The position numbers were made by a program, and so were the translations under genes. From a virus (Duplodnaviria; Caudoviricetes): 46,108 bases of DNA. Positions 26,900-35,571 of the stretch are shown piece by piece (position 1 is the stretch's first letter; each line of letters starts with the position of its first letter). The notes under the pieces are model-generated. The model worked only from the letters and a program-made list of their open reading frames with translations, was not told the DNA's origin and ran no database searches. Location: positions 1 to 46,108 of the IMG/VR virus record IMGVR_UViG_3300048629_000047; one strand, 5' to 3'.

Positions 26900-27295
26900 C
26901 TATACCACCGCGTCTACGACGTTGATGTTTTTGGCGCGCAGCGCGTTGACGAGTACCAGCTTCTTGGCAGCAGTGTTGACAGCGGTCATACCCAAAGCGC
27001 CGAAGTGACAGGTCGCGTTTTTTGCGTAACCGAGGATTACGTTTGTTCCCGCGTCGGTCACAATCGAGTCGATGATCCCGAGAACCACGAGCGCCGCCTT
27101 GTCGGTCTCGTCATAGATCGCGTGCTTGTTGCTGTCGTCTGTTTTGTAACAGAGCACGTCCCCGATTGCGGGTGTGTAACCTGCTGTCGCCTCGTCAAAC
27201 TCTGTCGCCTCAAGCTCCAGGTAGGTCCCGGCAACATACAGCTCGGTATTTTCGGCGTAGGTCCCTACGGTTGATTTCTGATTAAAAGCAGTCAT
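26900..27295 (-). CDS. Head decoration protein (lambda gpD-like)
   Basis: 131 aa between protease and capsid; IGDVL, GII, ALRAKNI. Confidence 0.7.
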   Translation of the reverse strand: MTAFNQKSTVGTYAENTELYVAGTYLELEATEFDEATAGYTPAIGDVLCYKTDDSNKHAIYDETDKAALVVLGIIDSIVTDAGTNVILGYAKNATCHFGALGMTAVNTAAKKLVLVNALRAKNINVVDAVV

Positions 27296-27305
27296 AGCCT
27301 ACCTC

Positions 27306-27695
27306 CTAGTACAGACAGTCAACGGCTTCGCGCCCGCTGAAAGTCTCTTTCGGTTTTTCGGTTTCGACGTCCTCACCTTGTGGGTCGGTGACCTCGCCCG
27401 GCTTTACCGGCGCAACGTGTGCGTCGATGACGGCGGCGAAAGAATCGAAAACGCCCTTGTTTACTGCGCCGGAGACGAAGGCGTCTTCGAGCGAAGCGAT
27501 GTTTTCGAACATACTCTTGCGAACGTCTTCGTTCAGCCCTTTGGCCTCCGCGCTCTTTTTGAGGGCTTCGGTGATGCTCGCAAACTCTTCACGCTTTGCG
27601 TTTTCACGAGCGGTGGCGAACTCTTCAAGGTCCTTCTTGAGCTTCTCATTCTCGGCCTTCAACGCCTCGAATGCCTTTTTCTCTTCTTCGTTCAT
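27306..27695 (-). CDS. Nested scaffolding protein (Mu gpZ-like) from an internal in-frame start
   Basis: AAAGGAG SD before in-frame ATG 27695 (MNEEEKKAFEALKAENEKLKK). Confidence 0.75.
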   Translation of the reverse strand: MNEEEKKAFEALKAENEKLKKDLEEFATARENAKREEFASITEALKKSAEAKGLNEDVRKSMFENIASLEDAFVSGAVNKGVFDSFAAVIDAHVAPVKPGEVTDPQGEDVETEKPKETFSGREAVDCLY

Positions 27696-28187
27696 TTCTG
27701 AATCTCCTTTCCGAGGCGTTGCCCGGAACATTAAAATGGTCTTATCCTCAGACACTTTGACTTCAGCATAATCACGCGTGTTAACGCGCGCCGAGAAGTT
27801 ATGTGTCTCTTCTAAATCTTTAAAAGCCGCGCCAACACTGCCTAACAGCGCCAAGTGGTCGACTTCCCACCCGCGCTTTTTTGTTTTGAAAATACCTAGT
27901 GACCACCCCGGATAGGCGTTGTCTTTATAATCGTTGTCCACCTCTCCCCGGAGGTCGACGTCACCTAAAAGGGTGTCATCGGATTCACGCACGCGCAGAT
28001 TAGTCAGTGACCCTGCGGCTTTTGTCGCGTCACTCCAATACCCTAACGCCGCGTCGTGACCGACGGCGACAGGGTATTTTGTTTTGCTCGAATAGTTCTT
28101 GACCATTTGGGCCAGCATTGACGCGGTTATGCGCCGCTGGTCATCAACGGTTTTTGGGTACATGAGTTCAAAGGTTCGCACAGTCAT
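27306..28187 (-). CDS. Prohead protease/scaffold (Mu gpI-like)
   Basis: PVAVGH, AAG, YPGWS, HLALLG...AFKDL protease domain followed by charged coiled coil. Confidence 0.85.
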   Translation of the reverse strand: MTVRTFELMYPKTVDDQRRITASMLAQMVKNYSSKTKYPVAVGHDAALGYWSDATKAAGSLTNLRVRESDDTLLGDVDLRGEVDNDYKDNAYPGWSLGIFKTKKRGWEVDHLALLGSVGAAFKDLEETHNFSARVNTRDYAEVKVSEDKTILMFRATPRKGDSEMNEEEKKAFEALKAENEKLKKDLEEFATARENAKREEFASITEALKKSAEAKGLNEDVRKSMFENIASLEDAFVSGAVNKGVFDSFAAVIDAHVAPVKPGEVTDPQGEDVETEKPKETFSGREAVDCLY

Positions 28188-28237
28188 GCTACCGATTTGC
28201 TGCCTGCATCGAGGTTTGTCAAAAACTTTTACAACAA

Positions 28238-29644
28238 TCAGTATCCATCTGTGTCGTGATAATCAGGTTCCCCCATGTATTTTAAATTGTGGCCTAGAAG
28301 GTTATCGAAGGACGCCTCGGCCTCGGGAGTTATGTTTTTTTCTCTTGTTAAATCGAACCAAACCCGCATAGCTGCTGCGTCCGAGAGGTCCGGCGACCGG
28401 CCTATGTTTTTCTTTACCTGCTCTTTAGACAACAGGAAAAGTTTCCCGTCTTTATCGAGGCGGTCGCGTTTTACTTGGTTCAACTCTTCTGACAACCGGT
28501 CCTTTAAATCGCCGTCGTTACCGGCGTCAACGTACAGTTGGCTTGATTGTATTCTCTTTGCTAACTCAAAGTAACACTGTGTTTTGAGGTTCGCATAATT
28601 TTCTTTATAATCTTCGTTACCACGTGGGAGCGCTGCCGCCCCGTTGTGGAAAGGGTTTGCGCCTTCGAGGTAGCTACCAAGATAGCTGCCGAGACCATCC
28701 GCATCAAAGACGATATTAGAGCGCGGGACCTTGTACTCACGCGCGGCATCTTTGATCGCGTCTTCTACTTCTTTGCCTGTCGATTTTTCAAACGTGAGAA
28801 TTTTCTCAACACGCCACCCTGACCAAACAAAGATGACAAACAAGTCCGAGCCCTGCATCGCAATGTCGGCGGTTATAAATTTGTCGCCCTTGGGGACGTG
28901 GTCGTTTGTAAACACGTCGACTATTTTGTTGTACTCGATAAGCCGCGCCGGGTCGCTGTCATATTCCCAGTTGCCCTCCAAGAGTCGTTCGCGGTCCACG
29001 TCGTCGAGGCGGGACAAAGACTCGGCGTAGTGTTTAGATATAAATCTATTGTGCCTCGCGAGAACAGGCACGTAAGCGCGGTAAGCAGGTAAGCGGCCCT
29101 CTACGTAAGGCTTGTAGAAATCGCGGTACAGCCAGCCCTTGTGCGGATTGCAGCTCATGTAAAGTTTTGGGATTAATCTAAACTCATCGAGTTTGTATCT
29201 GATACGTGAGTAAACAATCCCTTTACACCTCTGCGTTACCTCTGCTGCCTCGTCTATCGCTGCTGCTGTAAGCTCAAGCGAGCCGAGCCGCGTGTACTCG
29301 GGGTCACTCGGCTTGTGTGCGAGATCCATCAAAAATATAGTTGACTCGTTCGCAAAATTTATTGTTGATGTCTGCCAGTTAATTGAAAAATGTTTGTTAA
29401 TCTCGACGCCCTGGATTTTACAGACTTCAAGAAAAGTCATGAGTGTTGTTTTTTTAAGTTGTGTTAACTCGTAGCGTCCCATCAACGTGCGCGATCCAGG
29501 ATATTTAAGAGCGACTTTTAAAAGCCAGAACGACAGCATAAAAGACTTAGAGCCTCCGGCCCCCCCGCCTACAAGCAGCTCGTTTGTTTTGTCGTCCTGG
29601 AGGTAATCCAGGATCTGAATCTGCTCTTTAAATAGCGTCGCCAT
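28238..29644 (-). CDS. terL: Terminase large subunit
   Basis: GGGAGGSKS Walker A, AAIDEA Walker B, SCNP, ADIA..GSD, GRSPDLSDA nuclease motifs. Confidence 0.95.
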   Translation of the reverse strand: MATLFKEQIQILDYLQDDKTNELLVGGGAGGSKSFMLSFWLLKVALKYPGSRTLMGRYELTQLKKTTLMTFLEVCKIQGVEINKHFSINWQTSTINFANESTIFLMDLAHKPSDPEYTRLGSLELTAAAIDEAAEVTQRCKGIVYSRIRYKLDEFRLIPKLYMSCNPHKGWLYRDFYKPYVEGRLPAYRAYVPVLARHNRFISKHYAESLSRLDDVDRERLLEGNWEYDSDPARLIEYNKIVDVFTNDHVPKGDKFITADIAMQGSDLFVIFVWSGWRVEKILTFEKSTGKEVEDAIKDAAREYKVPRSNIVFDADGLGSYLGSYLEGANPFHNGAAALPRGNEDYKENYANLKTQCYFELAKRIQSSQLYVDAGNDGDLKDRLSEELNQVKRDRLDKDGKLFLLSKEQVKKNIGRSPDLSDAAAMRVWFDLTREKNITPEAEASFDNLLGHNLKYMGEPDYHDTDGY

Positions 29645-30150
29645 TAATTTTTATTATCCGGTTTTTCTTCCCAGGTAATTTTCAACTCTGATTTGCTCTT
29701 AACTATTTCGGTGGGCTCATCTCGGTTGATACGCTCCAACTCTGCCCCAGCTTTGATTAGATTAATAAGGGTTTTTGTATCAACAATAACCTCATCAGGA
29801 TTATCGACAACCTGCCGCGTTATTTTTAACAGCTCGGCCTCTGCTATTTTTTGCATGTCCTCGCCAAGAGTTGATTGACGCTCGCGCATTTTAATTACTT
29901 TATTACGCGCGACCTGCAAGCGTATTTTATCTAACTCCTCATCCCATGCGTCCGAGCGCTTGCGCCAGAGCCGTTTGCGCGCTATTTTCGCGACCTCGGT
30001 ACGGTCTACCTCAAAATGATCTGCAACCTCGGCTACGGACCTCTCTAGGCCCTCATGGTCACGGTAAAAAACAAATAGGTTCCACTCTCGATCTGACTCG
30101 GCCTTCATGCGCCGCCAGATTTTTTGTCCTGCTCGCCAATGTCCGGCCAT
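29644..30150 (-). CDS. terS: Terminase small subunit (start ATG 30150)
   Basis: Abuts terL; HTH-like RSVAEVADHF; SD GGAGGT before MAGHWRAG. Confidence 0.75.
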   Translation of the reverse strand: MAGHWRAGQKIWRRMKAESDREWNLFVFYRDHEGLERSVAEVADHFEVDRTEVAKIARKRLWRKRSDAWDEELDKIRLQVARNKVIKMRERQSTLGEDMQKIAEAELLKITRQVVDNPDEVIVDTKTLINLIKAGAELERINRDEPTEIVKSKSELKITWEEKPDNKN

Positions 30151-30390
30151 TTTTATTACCTCCCGCTCAAAAAATAAAAACACTCGCGCCCGTCGAAAAT
30201 TTTTGAAAAGTCGCCGGGCGCATCCCGAGAAAGCGCTGAACAAAAAACATGGAGAAGAAAAAATTTTTTGCTCGTCGGGTGCGCCCGGCGAGCGAGGAGG
30301 GTTTAGGCCTGTCTCACTCTGTACCCGATTTATAAACTCTCTTTAAAAAGTCAAGAGTTAATTAATTTTTAATTAAGTGATCTTTTTTGC

Positions 30391-30798
30391 CAATAATTAC
30401 GGTAGTTTGCGCGACTTTTTCAACTCTAAAAAAATATTCATTTATGCGCGTTTTTCACATCCTTAATAATATCAGATAGTTGCAAAAACCGCATTTCAAA
30501 AGAGCAGGCTACTATTCAATGTTTTCAAGTACTTAACCAAAAAACCCCCTTTTTGACCCCCTAATTCCCCCACATCTATAACTATAGTTTTTTTTTACTC
30601 TCACACATATAAGTATAGCCAACCTAGTTAAAAAAAGTATATTTTCTTGTAACTGATTGATTTCATTGACAAACCGTCACACCGTTTTTTTGTTGACTTT
30701 TGTCTCATTCTTATAAACAGCTGAAATCATTATAACAATAAACTATGCCCTTTTTTACCTTATTTTATTCGAAATTTATAACTTAGTGAAATCATTGA
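30391..30798. repeat. Six degenerate ~19-nt motifs (TAAnTnnnTGA(A/T)(A/T)(T/A)CATTG), three inverted then three direct
   Basis: Inverted at 30391-30408, 30464-30481, 30516-30535; direct at 30650-30669, 30714-30733, 30779-30798. Confidence 0.7.
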
Positions 30799-30867
30799 AA
30801 AAACGCCGAATGTTCGTAAACACATGGTTATAGTATTTTATATACTATGAGTATAAAAAGTGTATAA

Positions 30868-30975
30868 TTAAAGAATTCTTTAGTTAAAGAATCTTTAATT
30901 AAAGAATTCCTTATTTCAGGATTCCAGTATTAAAGAATTCTTTAATTAAAGATTATTTAATTAAGGATTCTTTAT
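30868..30975. repeat. Tandem array of seven 15/16-nt near-palindromes TTAAAGAATTCTTTAA
   Basis: Copies start at 30868, 30884, 30899, 30915, 30930, 30946, 30961. Confidence 0.9.
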
Positions 30976-33354
30976 TTGCTTGACTTTTTCAATAATTGTG
31001 GAAGGAGCTTCTTCATCAAAAACAAGTAAAAACTGTCTCAAAACGTCTTCATCGATCACAAATCGGCCAGTTTTTGAGACATTTTTTCTAAAGCCTGCGC
31101 CAGTCAAAATTTTACTTATTTTTTGTATTGTCGGTCTATTTATCCCTGCCCCCGCAACCGCTTTTGACGAGACCCAGAGGTCATGGATTCGGCCCGATCT
31201 TACACAGAGGTCTCCGTCGAGGCACACGAGCGGGAGCCGTGCTCGCGCGCTCGCTGACAACTCCTCTGCGCTGTCGCGCAGCTCGAACTCACACGCCCTG
31301 AACACAACCGACCAGATATAATTGAGTAGCTCCCCGCCGAACCGCGCCTTGAGCAGCACTTGGGCGTCCGTGTGCGGTTTGATAAACAACCGGCCTTCGG
31401 ACGTGTGAGCGTCGCGTCGGTGCTTCTCCAGCCACACCACGTGTTCGCAGAGCAGCTCCCCGGAGCGTAACCGCTCCATCTCCTCCGACCCGCGCCACCG
31501 TTGCTCCAGCGCTGTCACACGCTCCGTGTCGGTGTAGAGCAACAAAAACCGCTCCATCGTTGCGTGCACCGAGTCAGCGTCGATTTCGTTCGAGAAAATC
31601 TTGTCTTCTGAGTTGACCGAAATCACGTGCCTAACCGCGCTCACGAGGTTAATAATACCGTTCACGCCTTTCGATTCAATCGCCTGAGTCTTGCTGGTGA
31701 TTGATTCGCGATAAGCTTCCGGCTGCGGTTTACCAAAATTTTCAAACGCCAATTTCTCGTCGCTCCACACCACAGGATTTACTAAAAGGTGCGCGTTAAA
31801 CCGCGTCATTATTTTTTGTGCGCGACCTGCCGAAGGCGCATAGGAGCTGCCCCAGAAGCGCGACAGCAACTCACAAATTTTTGACTTCCAGGTCGCGCCG
31901 GGACCCACGAAAGTCAAAGCTGGCAGAGGTTGATCTAAATCCCTAAATCGTGTGAGGTAAGCCTCAAATTGATCGTAGTGGTCACCCGCGATTGTGTGTA
32001 ACAAGTCGTCGGCGATCTCATGAAACACAGGCTCCCATTTAACCCAGTGATACGCCTGCAAGCAGATCGAGTCCGACGACTTATCGTAAGCCTGCGGGGG
32101 CTTGCGTGGCCAGTACGTCACCCCCTCGACCGTTGTCCCGTACTCGTGGTTTAACTCAATCGCCGACTTGATGCGCGGCCCGCTTCGCGACCAGGCCAAC
32201 TCCGAGACATCACCGACACCGACCAGGTTATCCCGCACCGCGATTGCGACCTCGGCTTGAGAAAAAGGCCCCTTGTAAAGATCACAACGCGGGGAATATA
32301 CGTAGTAAGTGCCCCTATTAGATACCACGAGCTTGCCGCGCAGCTTATCCGCGCGTGCGGCGGCCTCCGGGGGCATGGGCGGGAGCTCGTCGACGGTCGC
32401 GGCCTCCTCGTCCTCGCGAAGTTTTTTCTGTGCGGACTCGACCGCTTCAATCCAGTCCGCGCGGTGTCTATCAACGTCACCGCCCCAAACGTCCGTCCAA
32501 ATCCCGTCCAAGTACTTGTCCGCGAACCACGCGGCGTCAAGGCGGCGAAAGGCCCGGACCAGTTCGAACGCGACCTGGAGCTGCGCGTTGTGGCGGTGTC
32601 CGTCCCCCGCGAACGACTCGCCCCGGAGGATTGCCTCAAGCGCCGCGCCGGTTTTTTGCAGCCGCGTGCGCGTCGAGCCTCGCATGTTTTTCGCAACTTT
32701 TTTTAGCTCAGGTTTCGTCGGGCGCTCACCCGGCGCGTCAAAGTCCACGTCACCGCTGCTTGATAGCGCGACAACGTTTTTTAAATCCAGCGCGTCGACG
32801 TCAACGGGACGACCGCGAAAGCGATGGCGTTCGACCTCACCTGCGTGCTGTGGCTTGTGCTGCGGCGCGAAGAACAACCGCGCGCCGTCCAAGGTTGACG
32901 GGTCCGGGGATATTTTCAGCAACTCCGCAACGGCCAGATACGCCGGGAGGTACTCGGTTTTGATCGAGCGCACCGGGCGAGATAGCGCCACGAGCACGCG
33001 CAACCGGGGCGCAGCCGAGGTGTGTTTGAACGTCGAGTAAATAGCAACGTCATGTTGCGCCCACGTCGGCAGCGCCGACGCGAGGTCCTCAATCGAAATA
33101 TCATCAACGTCGTAGCAAAAAATTTGCGTCGCTGAATCCGGCGCGAGCTGGGAGGCGTGCTTGCTGCGCGCACCTTCGCGATATTGAGCGAGCACGAAGC
33201 CTTCCCCCGCGAGCTTGTCCGCGTCGGTGCGACAGGGCTGTGATTGGATTTGACTAACGTCGGCAATGAGGTCCAGGAATTCCGATGGCGACATGTCGAC
33301 GACGTGCCCAAATTGCGGCGTACACGTCGCGCCGTGTAAAATATGAATTCGCAT
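30961..33354 (-). CDS. Primase-helicase (AEP prim-pol N-terminus plus P-loop helicase domain)
   Basis: YDVDD, YSTFKH, PRLRVLVALSRP, FFAP; GPGATWKS Walker A variant, VWSDE Walker B, ISVN. Confidence 0.8.
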   Translation of the reverse strand: MRIHILHGATCTPQFGHVVDMSPSEFLDLIADVSQIQSQPCRTDADKLAGEGFVLAQYREGARSKHASQLAPDSATQIFCYDVDDISIEDLASALPTWAQHDVAIYSTFKHTSAAPRLRVLVALSRPVRSIKTEYLPAYLAVAELLKISPDPSTLDGARLFFAPQHKPQHAGEVERHRFRGRPVDVDALDLKNVVALSSSGDVDFDAPGERPTKPELKKVAKNMRGSTRTRLQKTGAALEAILRGESFAGDGHRHNAQLQVAFELVRAFRRLDAAWFADKYLDGIWTDVWGGDVDRHRADWIEAVESAQKKLREDEEAATVDELPPMPPEAAARADKLRGKLVVSNRGTYYVYSPRCDLYKGPFSQAEVAIAVRDNLVGVGDVSELAWSRSGPRIKSAIELNHEYGTTVEGVTYWPRKPPQAYDKSSDSICLQAYHWVKWEPVFHEIADDLLHTIAGDHYDQFEAYLTRFRDLDQPLPALTFVGPGATWKSKICELLSRFWGSSYAPSAGRAQKIMTRFNAHLLVNPVVWSDEKLAFENFGKPQPEAYRESITSKTQAIESKGVNGIINLVSAVRHVISVNSEDKIFSNEIDADSVHATMERFLLLYTDTERVTALEQRWRGSEEMERLRSGELLCEHVVWLEKHRRDAHTSEGRLFIKPHTDAQVLLKARFGGELLNYIWSVVFRACEFELRDSAEELSASARARLPLVCLDGDLCVRSGRIHDLWVSSKAVAGAGINRPTIQKISKILTGAGFRKNVSKTGRFVIDEDVLRQFLLVFDEEAPSTIIEKVKQIKNP

Positions 33355-33356
33355 TT

Positions 33357-33506
33357 TTACCTCAGATTTTTCTTGATTAGATTTCTGAGGATTGTCGCTA
33401 TGCTTGGCTTATAGCCGGTTTTGTCTTTTTCTTTTTGTTGTGCGCGCTCGATTCGCGCGCGGTCCTCGGGGCTGATAAAAAATGTGATCGATTTGTTTTC
33501 AGACAT
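33357..33506 (-). CDS. 49-aa ribbon-helix-helix (CopG/Arc-like) regulator (not in ORF track)
   Basis: MSENKSITFFISPEDRARIERAQQKEKDKTGYKPSIATILRNLIKKNLR; SD AAGGAG; stop 2 nt before primase ATG. Confidence 0.7.
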   Translation of the reverse strand: MSENKSITFFISPEDRARIERAQQKEKDKTGYKPSIATILRNLIKKNLR

Positions 33507-33734
33507 TTTCCACTCCTTGTTTTAGCGTTACTGATTGACAGACTATCGAGCCCGAAGTCAATTAATTTTTAATTAATTTTTAATTAAAAAAATAATGTTG
33601 ACAACGCTTTAAAACGGGTGTATTCGCGCGCGCCTTGTCTACCTTTAAATAGTGCTTTTTAGGGCTAAAAATAAAATTTAATTATTTTACTATTTTTTAT
33701 TGACAGACTAAAAATCGCGTGTTAAGTTATAAAC
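33507..33734. promoter_or_regulatory. Divergent control region
   Basis: Three TTGACA on + (33535, 33598, 33700), TTGACT on - (33561-33556), repeated 12-mer ATTGACAGACTA, AT tracts. Confidence 0.75.
33700..33728 (+). promoter_or_regulatory. Sigma70-type promoter of the rightward operon
   Basis: TTGACA, 17 nt, TAAGTT with upstream TGn. Confidence 0.65.
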
Positions 33735-34085
33735 ATGATGACGAAAACAAATAACAAAAAGTGGAACGGGTCGAAGTGGATTAGGCCCGAAAAAAGGTTG
33801 GCTATCTACCTCAGGGATGAGTTTAGATGTGTCTACTGCGGCCGGGACCTGCACCACGCTGCGCCCGAAGAAATCAATCTCGACCACGTCAAGTGTCGCT
33901 CCCACGGCGGCAGTAACAGCGAAACGAACCTCGTGACGAGCTGCAAGACCTGTAATTGCAGCCGTGGCAATCAAAAAATCGCGCAGTGGGCGGACGAGCC
34001 CACGCGCAGGGCCATCCGCCGCCAGACGCGACGGAGTTTGAAGAAAAATCTCGCTCTCGCGAAATCGATTATCGCGGAGCGGTAA
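33735..34085 (+). CDS. HNH endonuclease
   Basis: RDEFRCVYCG, LDHVKCRSHGGSNSETNLVTSCKTCN. Confidence 0.92.
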   Translation: MMTKTNNKKWNGSKWIRPEKRLAIYLRDEFRCVYCGRDLHHAAPEEINLDHVKCRSHGGSNSETNLVTSCKTCNCSRGNQKIAQWADEPTRRAIRRQTRRSLKKNLALAKSIIAER

Positions 34086-34133
34086 TAGGGCAATAACGCC
34101 CACAAGGACCGGCATGGCCGGAAAGGTAAGAAA

Positions 34134-35081
34134 ATGGAAAAAGTTACAGTAAAACTAAACATCAGTGAGCAAGAGGCAATCAAGGCGGGACGCAGCGAGT
34201 ACGGCACCGTCGAGAAAGAGTTTGACCCGGCGATACTAAATCCTGAGCAACGCGCAATGCTCGCTCAAGAGAATCTCAAAACCGGACCGCTGAACACGTA
34301 TCACCCGCGTTTTGCTCATCTCGATGATTTTGACGCGGCGGTTACTCAAACCCTCGATTACAAAATCGAAGAAGAAAAGCGCAAAATTGAAGAGGAAAAA
34401 GACGAGGTAATTGAGATCGCGACTTGGCCCCTCGAAAGACTGAAGAATCACACACACCGAAGCCCCGAAGGCCGGACGCTTAACTCGTATCACGGTGATA
34501 AAGTGCGCAAGCACACGGACGAGTTACCTGAGACAGCGGCGTTGATCAAACGCAATCTCGAAATCCTCAACAATGAGGATAAGGAAAACGACCTAAAAAG
34601 GGCCGAGCGTGAAGCAAGAGCAAAAAGGGAACAAGAGAAAAAAACCGAACGTGCGGTTGCTCTTTGCAAAGAGCGACAAGCTTTCGTCAAAAAAATGTTG
34701 AGCAGCAAACCTGTTGTTTTTGAGCAGTACGAGCGTGGGATGTTGAGCGAGCCAGAACAGCGAAAAATGGCCTGCGATGTTGTTTTTGCGGCGCTTGACG
34801 GCTGGCCCCGGTATGAGCGCATAAGAGGCTCGGATGTATGCGATTGCGGCGCGAACGGCGACGCTACCTCTTTTGAGGTTGACGAGGCCGAAAATCTGTC
34901 AACGAACACATTTAGAGATTTGGTTGAGTTAGAAAAAAAGGCGACGGCTTTTAAAATTGAGCCCCGCGAGCACGTGGGTGAATGCGGCTATTGTGACTCC
35001 AAATTGACACGGTATAGCGCTCATGTCTCATTTGTGATCGGCGATTGGACGCTCACAAGAGAGTTTGCATTAGACGACTAA
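34134..35081 (+). CDS. Hypothetical coiled-coil protein with C-terminal CxC/CxxC
   Basis: Long charged ORF with SD. Confidence 0.8.
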   Translation: MEKVTVKLNISEQEAIKAGRSEYGTVEKEFDPAILNPEQRAMLAQENLKTGPLNTYHPRFAHLDDFDAAVTQTLDYKIEEEKRKIEEEKDEVIEIATWPLERLKNHTHRSPEGRTLNSYHGDKVRKHTDELPETAALIKRNLEILNNEDKENDLKRAEREARAKREQEKKTERAVALCKERQAFVKKMLSSKPVVFEQYERGMLSEPEQRKMACDVVFAALDGWPRYERIRGSDVCDCGANGDATSFEVDEAENLSTNTFRDLVELEKKATAFKIEPREHVGECGYCDSKLTRYSAHVSFVIGDWTLTREFALDD

Positions 35082-35153
35082 ACCAGCCCGGTGGCAAGCG
35101 GGGGTTCGACTCCCCCGCTGGTTAAAACAACGCCCCGCGAGGGGTTGGAGGAG
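35081..35153 (+). repeat. Structured intergenic repeat, copy 1 (tRNA-like half, GCGA hairpin, SD)
   Basis: aaccagcccggtggcaagcgggggttcgactcccccgctggttaaaacaacgccccgcgaggggttggaggag. Confidence 0.85.
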
Positions 35154-35163
35154 GAGAAAGAAG

Positions 35164-35568
35164 ATGTTGTTCACAGACCTGGATACCAAACAATACAAAA
35201 AGCACGCAAGCCTACTGGCGGATGTAGCCGCCAGCGTGAAATATTTGCTCACTGTCGACAGACATATCGCCGCGCGCGCGATAGCCGTCGCATATGCACG
35301 GGCGGCGGGCGAGATTGACCACTGGGAGCTAGCCGCCGCCCGAAACGCGGCAACGGCCGCCGCGCGTCGCGCTCATGCGCGAGGTGATGAGGTGAGCGAG
35401 CGGGCGCTCCTGTCTGCGAGTTACGCCGCCGATCACGAATACATCCGCGCCGCACCCGCGTGCGCAGGGAACGCGACGCGTGCTCGCGATCTAGCCGCTG
35501 GCCCCGGCGGTAGCGACCAGAAAGAGCGCAATGCCGTTATGCTCCGCGCGTGGGCGGAGCAACAATAA
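35164..35568 (+). CDS. Ala-rich helical protein, Imm5-like
   Basis: ARAIAVAYARAAGEI...AARNAATAAARRA...A.YAA...ER pattern. Confidence 0.5.
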   Translation: MLFTDLDTKQYKKHASLLADVAASVKYLLTVDRHIAARAIAVAYARAAGEIDHWELAAARNAATAAARRAHARGDEVSERALLSASYAADHEYIRAAPACAGNATRARDLAAGPGGSDQKERNAVMLRAWAEQQ

Positions 35569-35571
35569 TTT

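Larger units (their letters stand above)
30350..30975. other. Candidate replication origin
   Basis: Largest non-coding, very AT-rich stretch, two repeat families, immediately downstream of the primase-helicase. Confidence 0.6.

Noticed and set aside
4385-29644. Transposable Mu-like lifestyle
   Set aside because: Head genes are Mu-like, but no MuA/MuB was seen; the phage has its own primase, helicase and polymerase.
30868-30975. CRISPR array
   Set aside because: Repeats are 15-16 nt and abut with no spacers; the Cas4-like gene is a solitary phage nuclease 7 kb away.
35081-35125. tRNA gene or attP from the GGTTCGACTCC motif
   Set aside because: No D stem, anticodon arm or CCA; occurs twice; no integrase in the genome. 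Kept only as a tRNA-like element.
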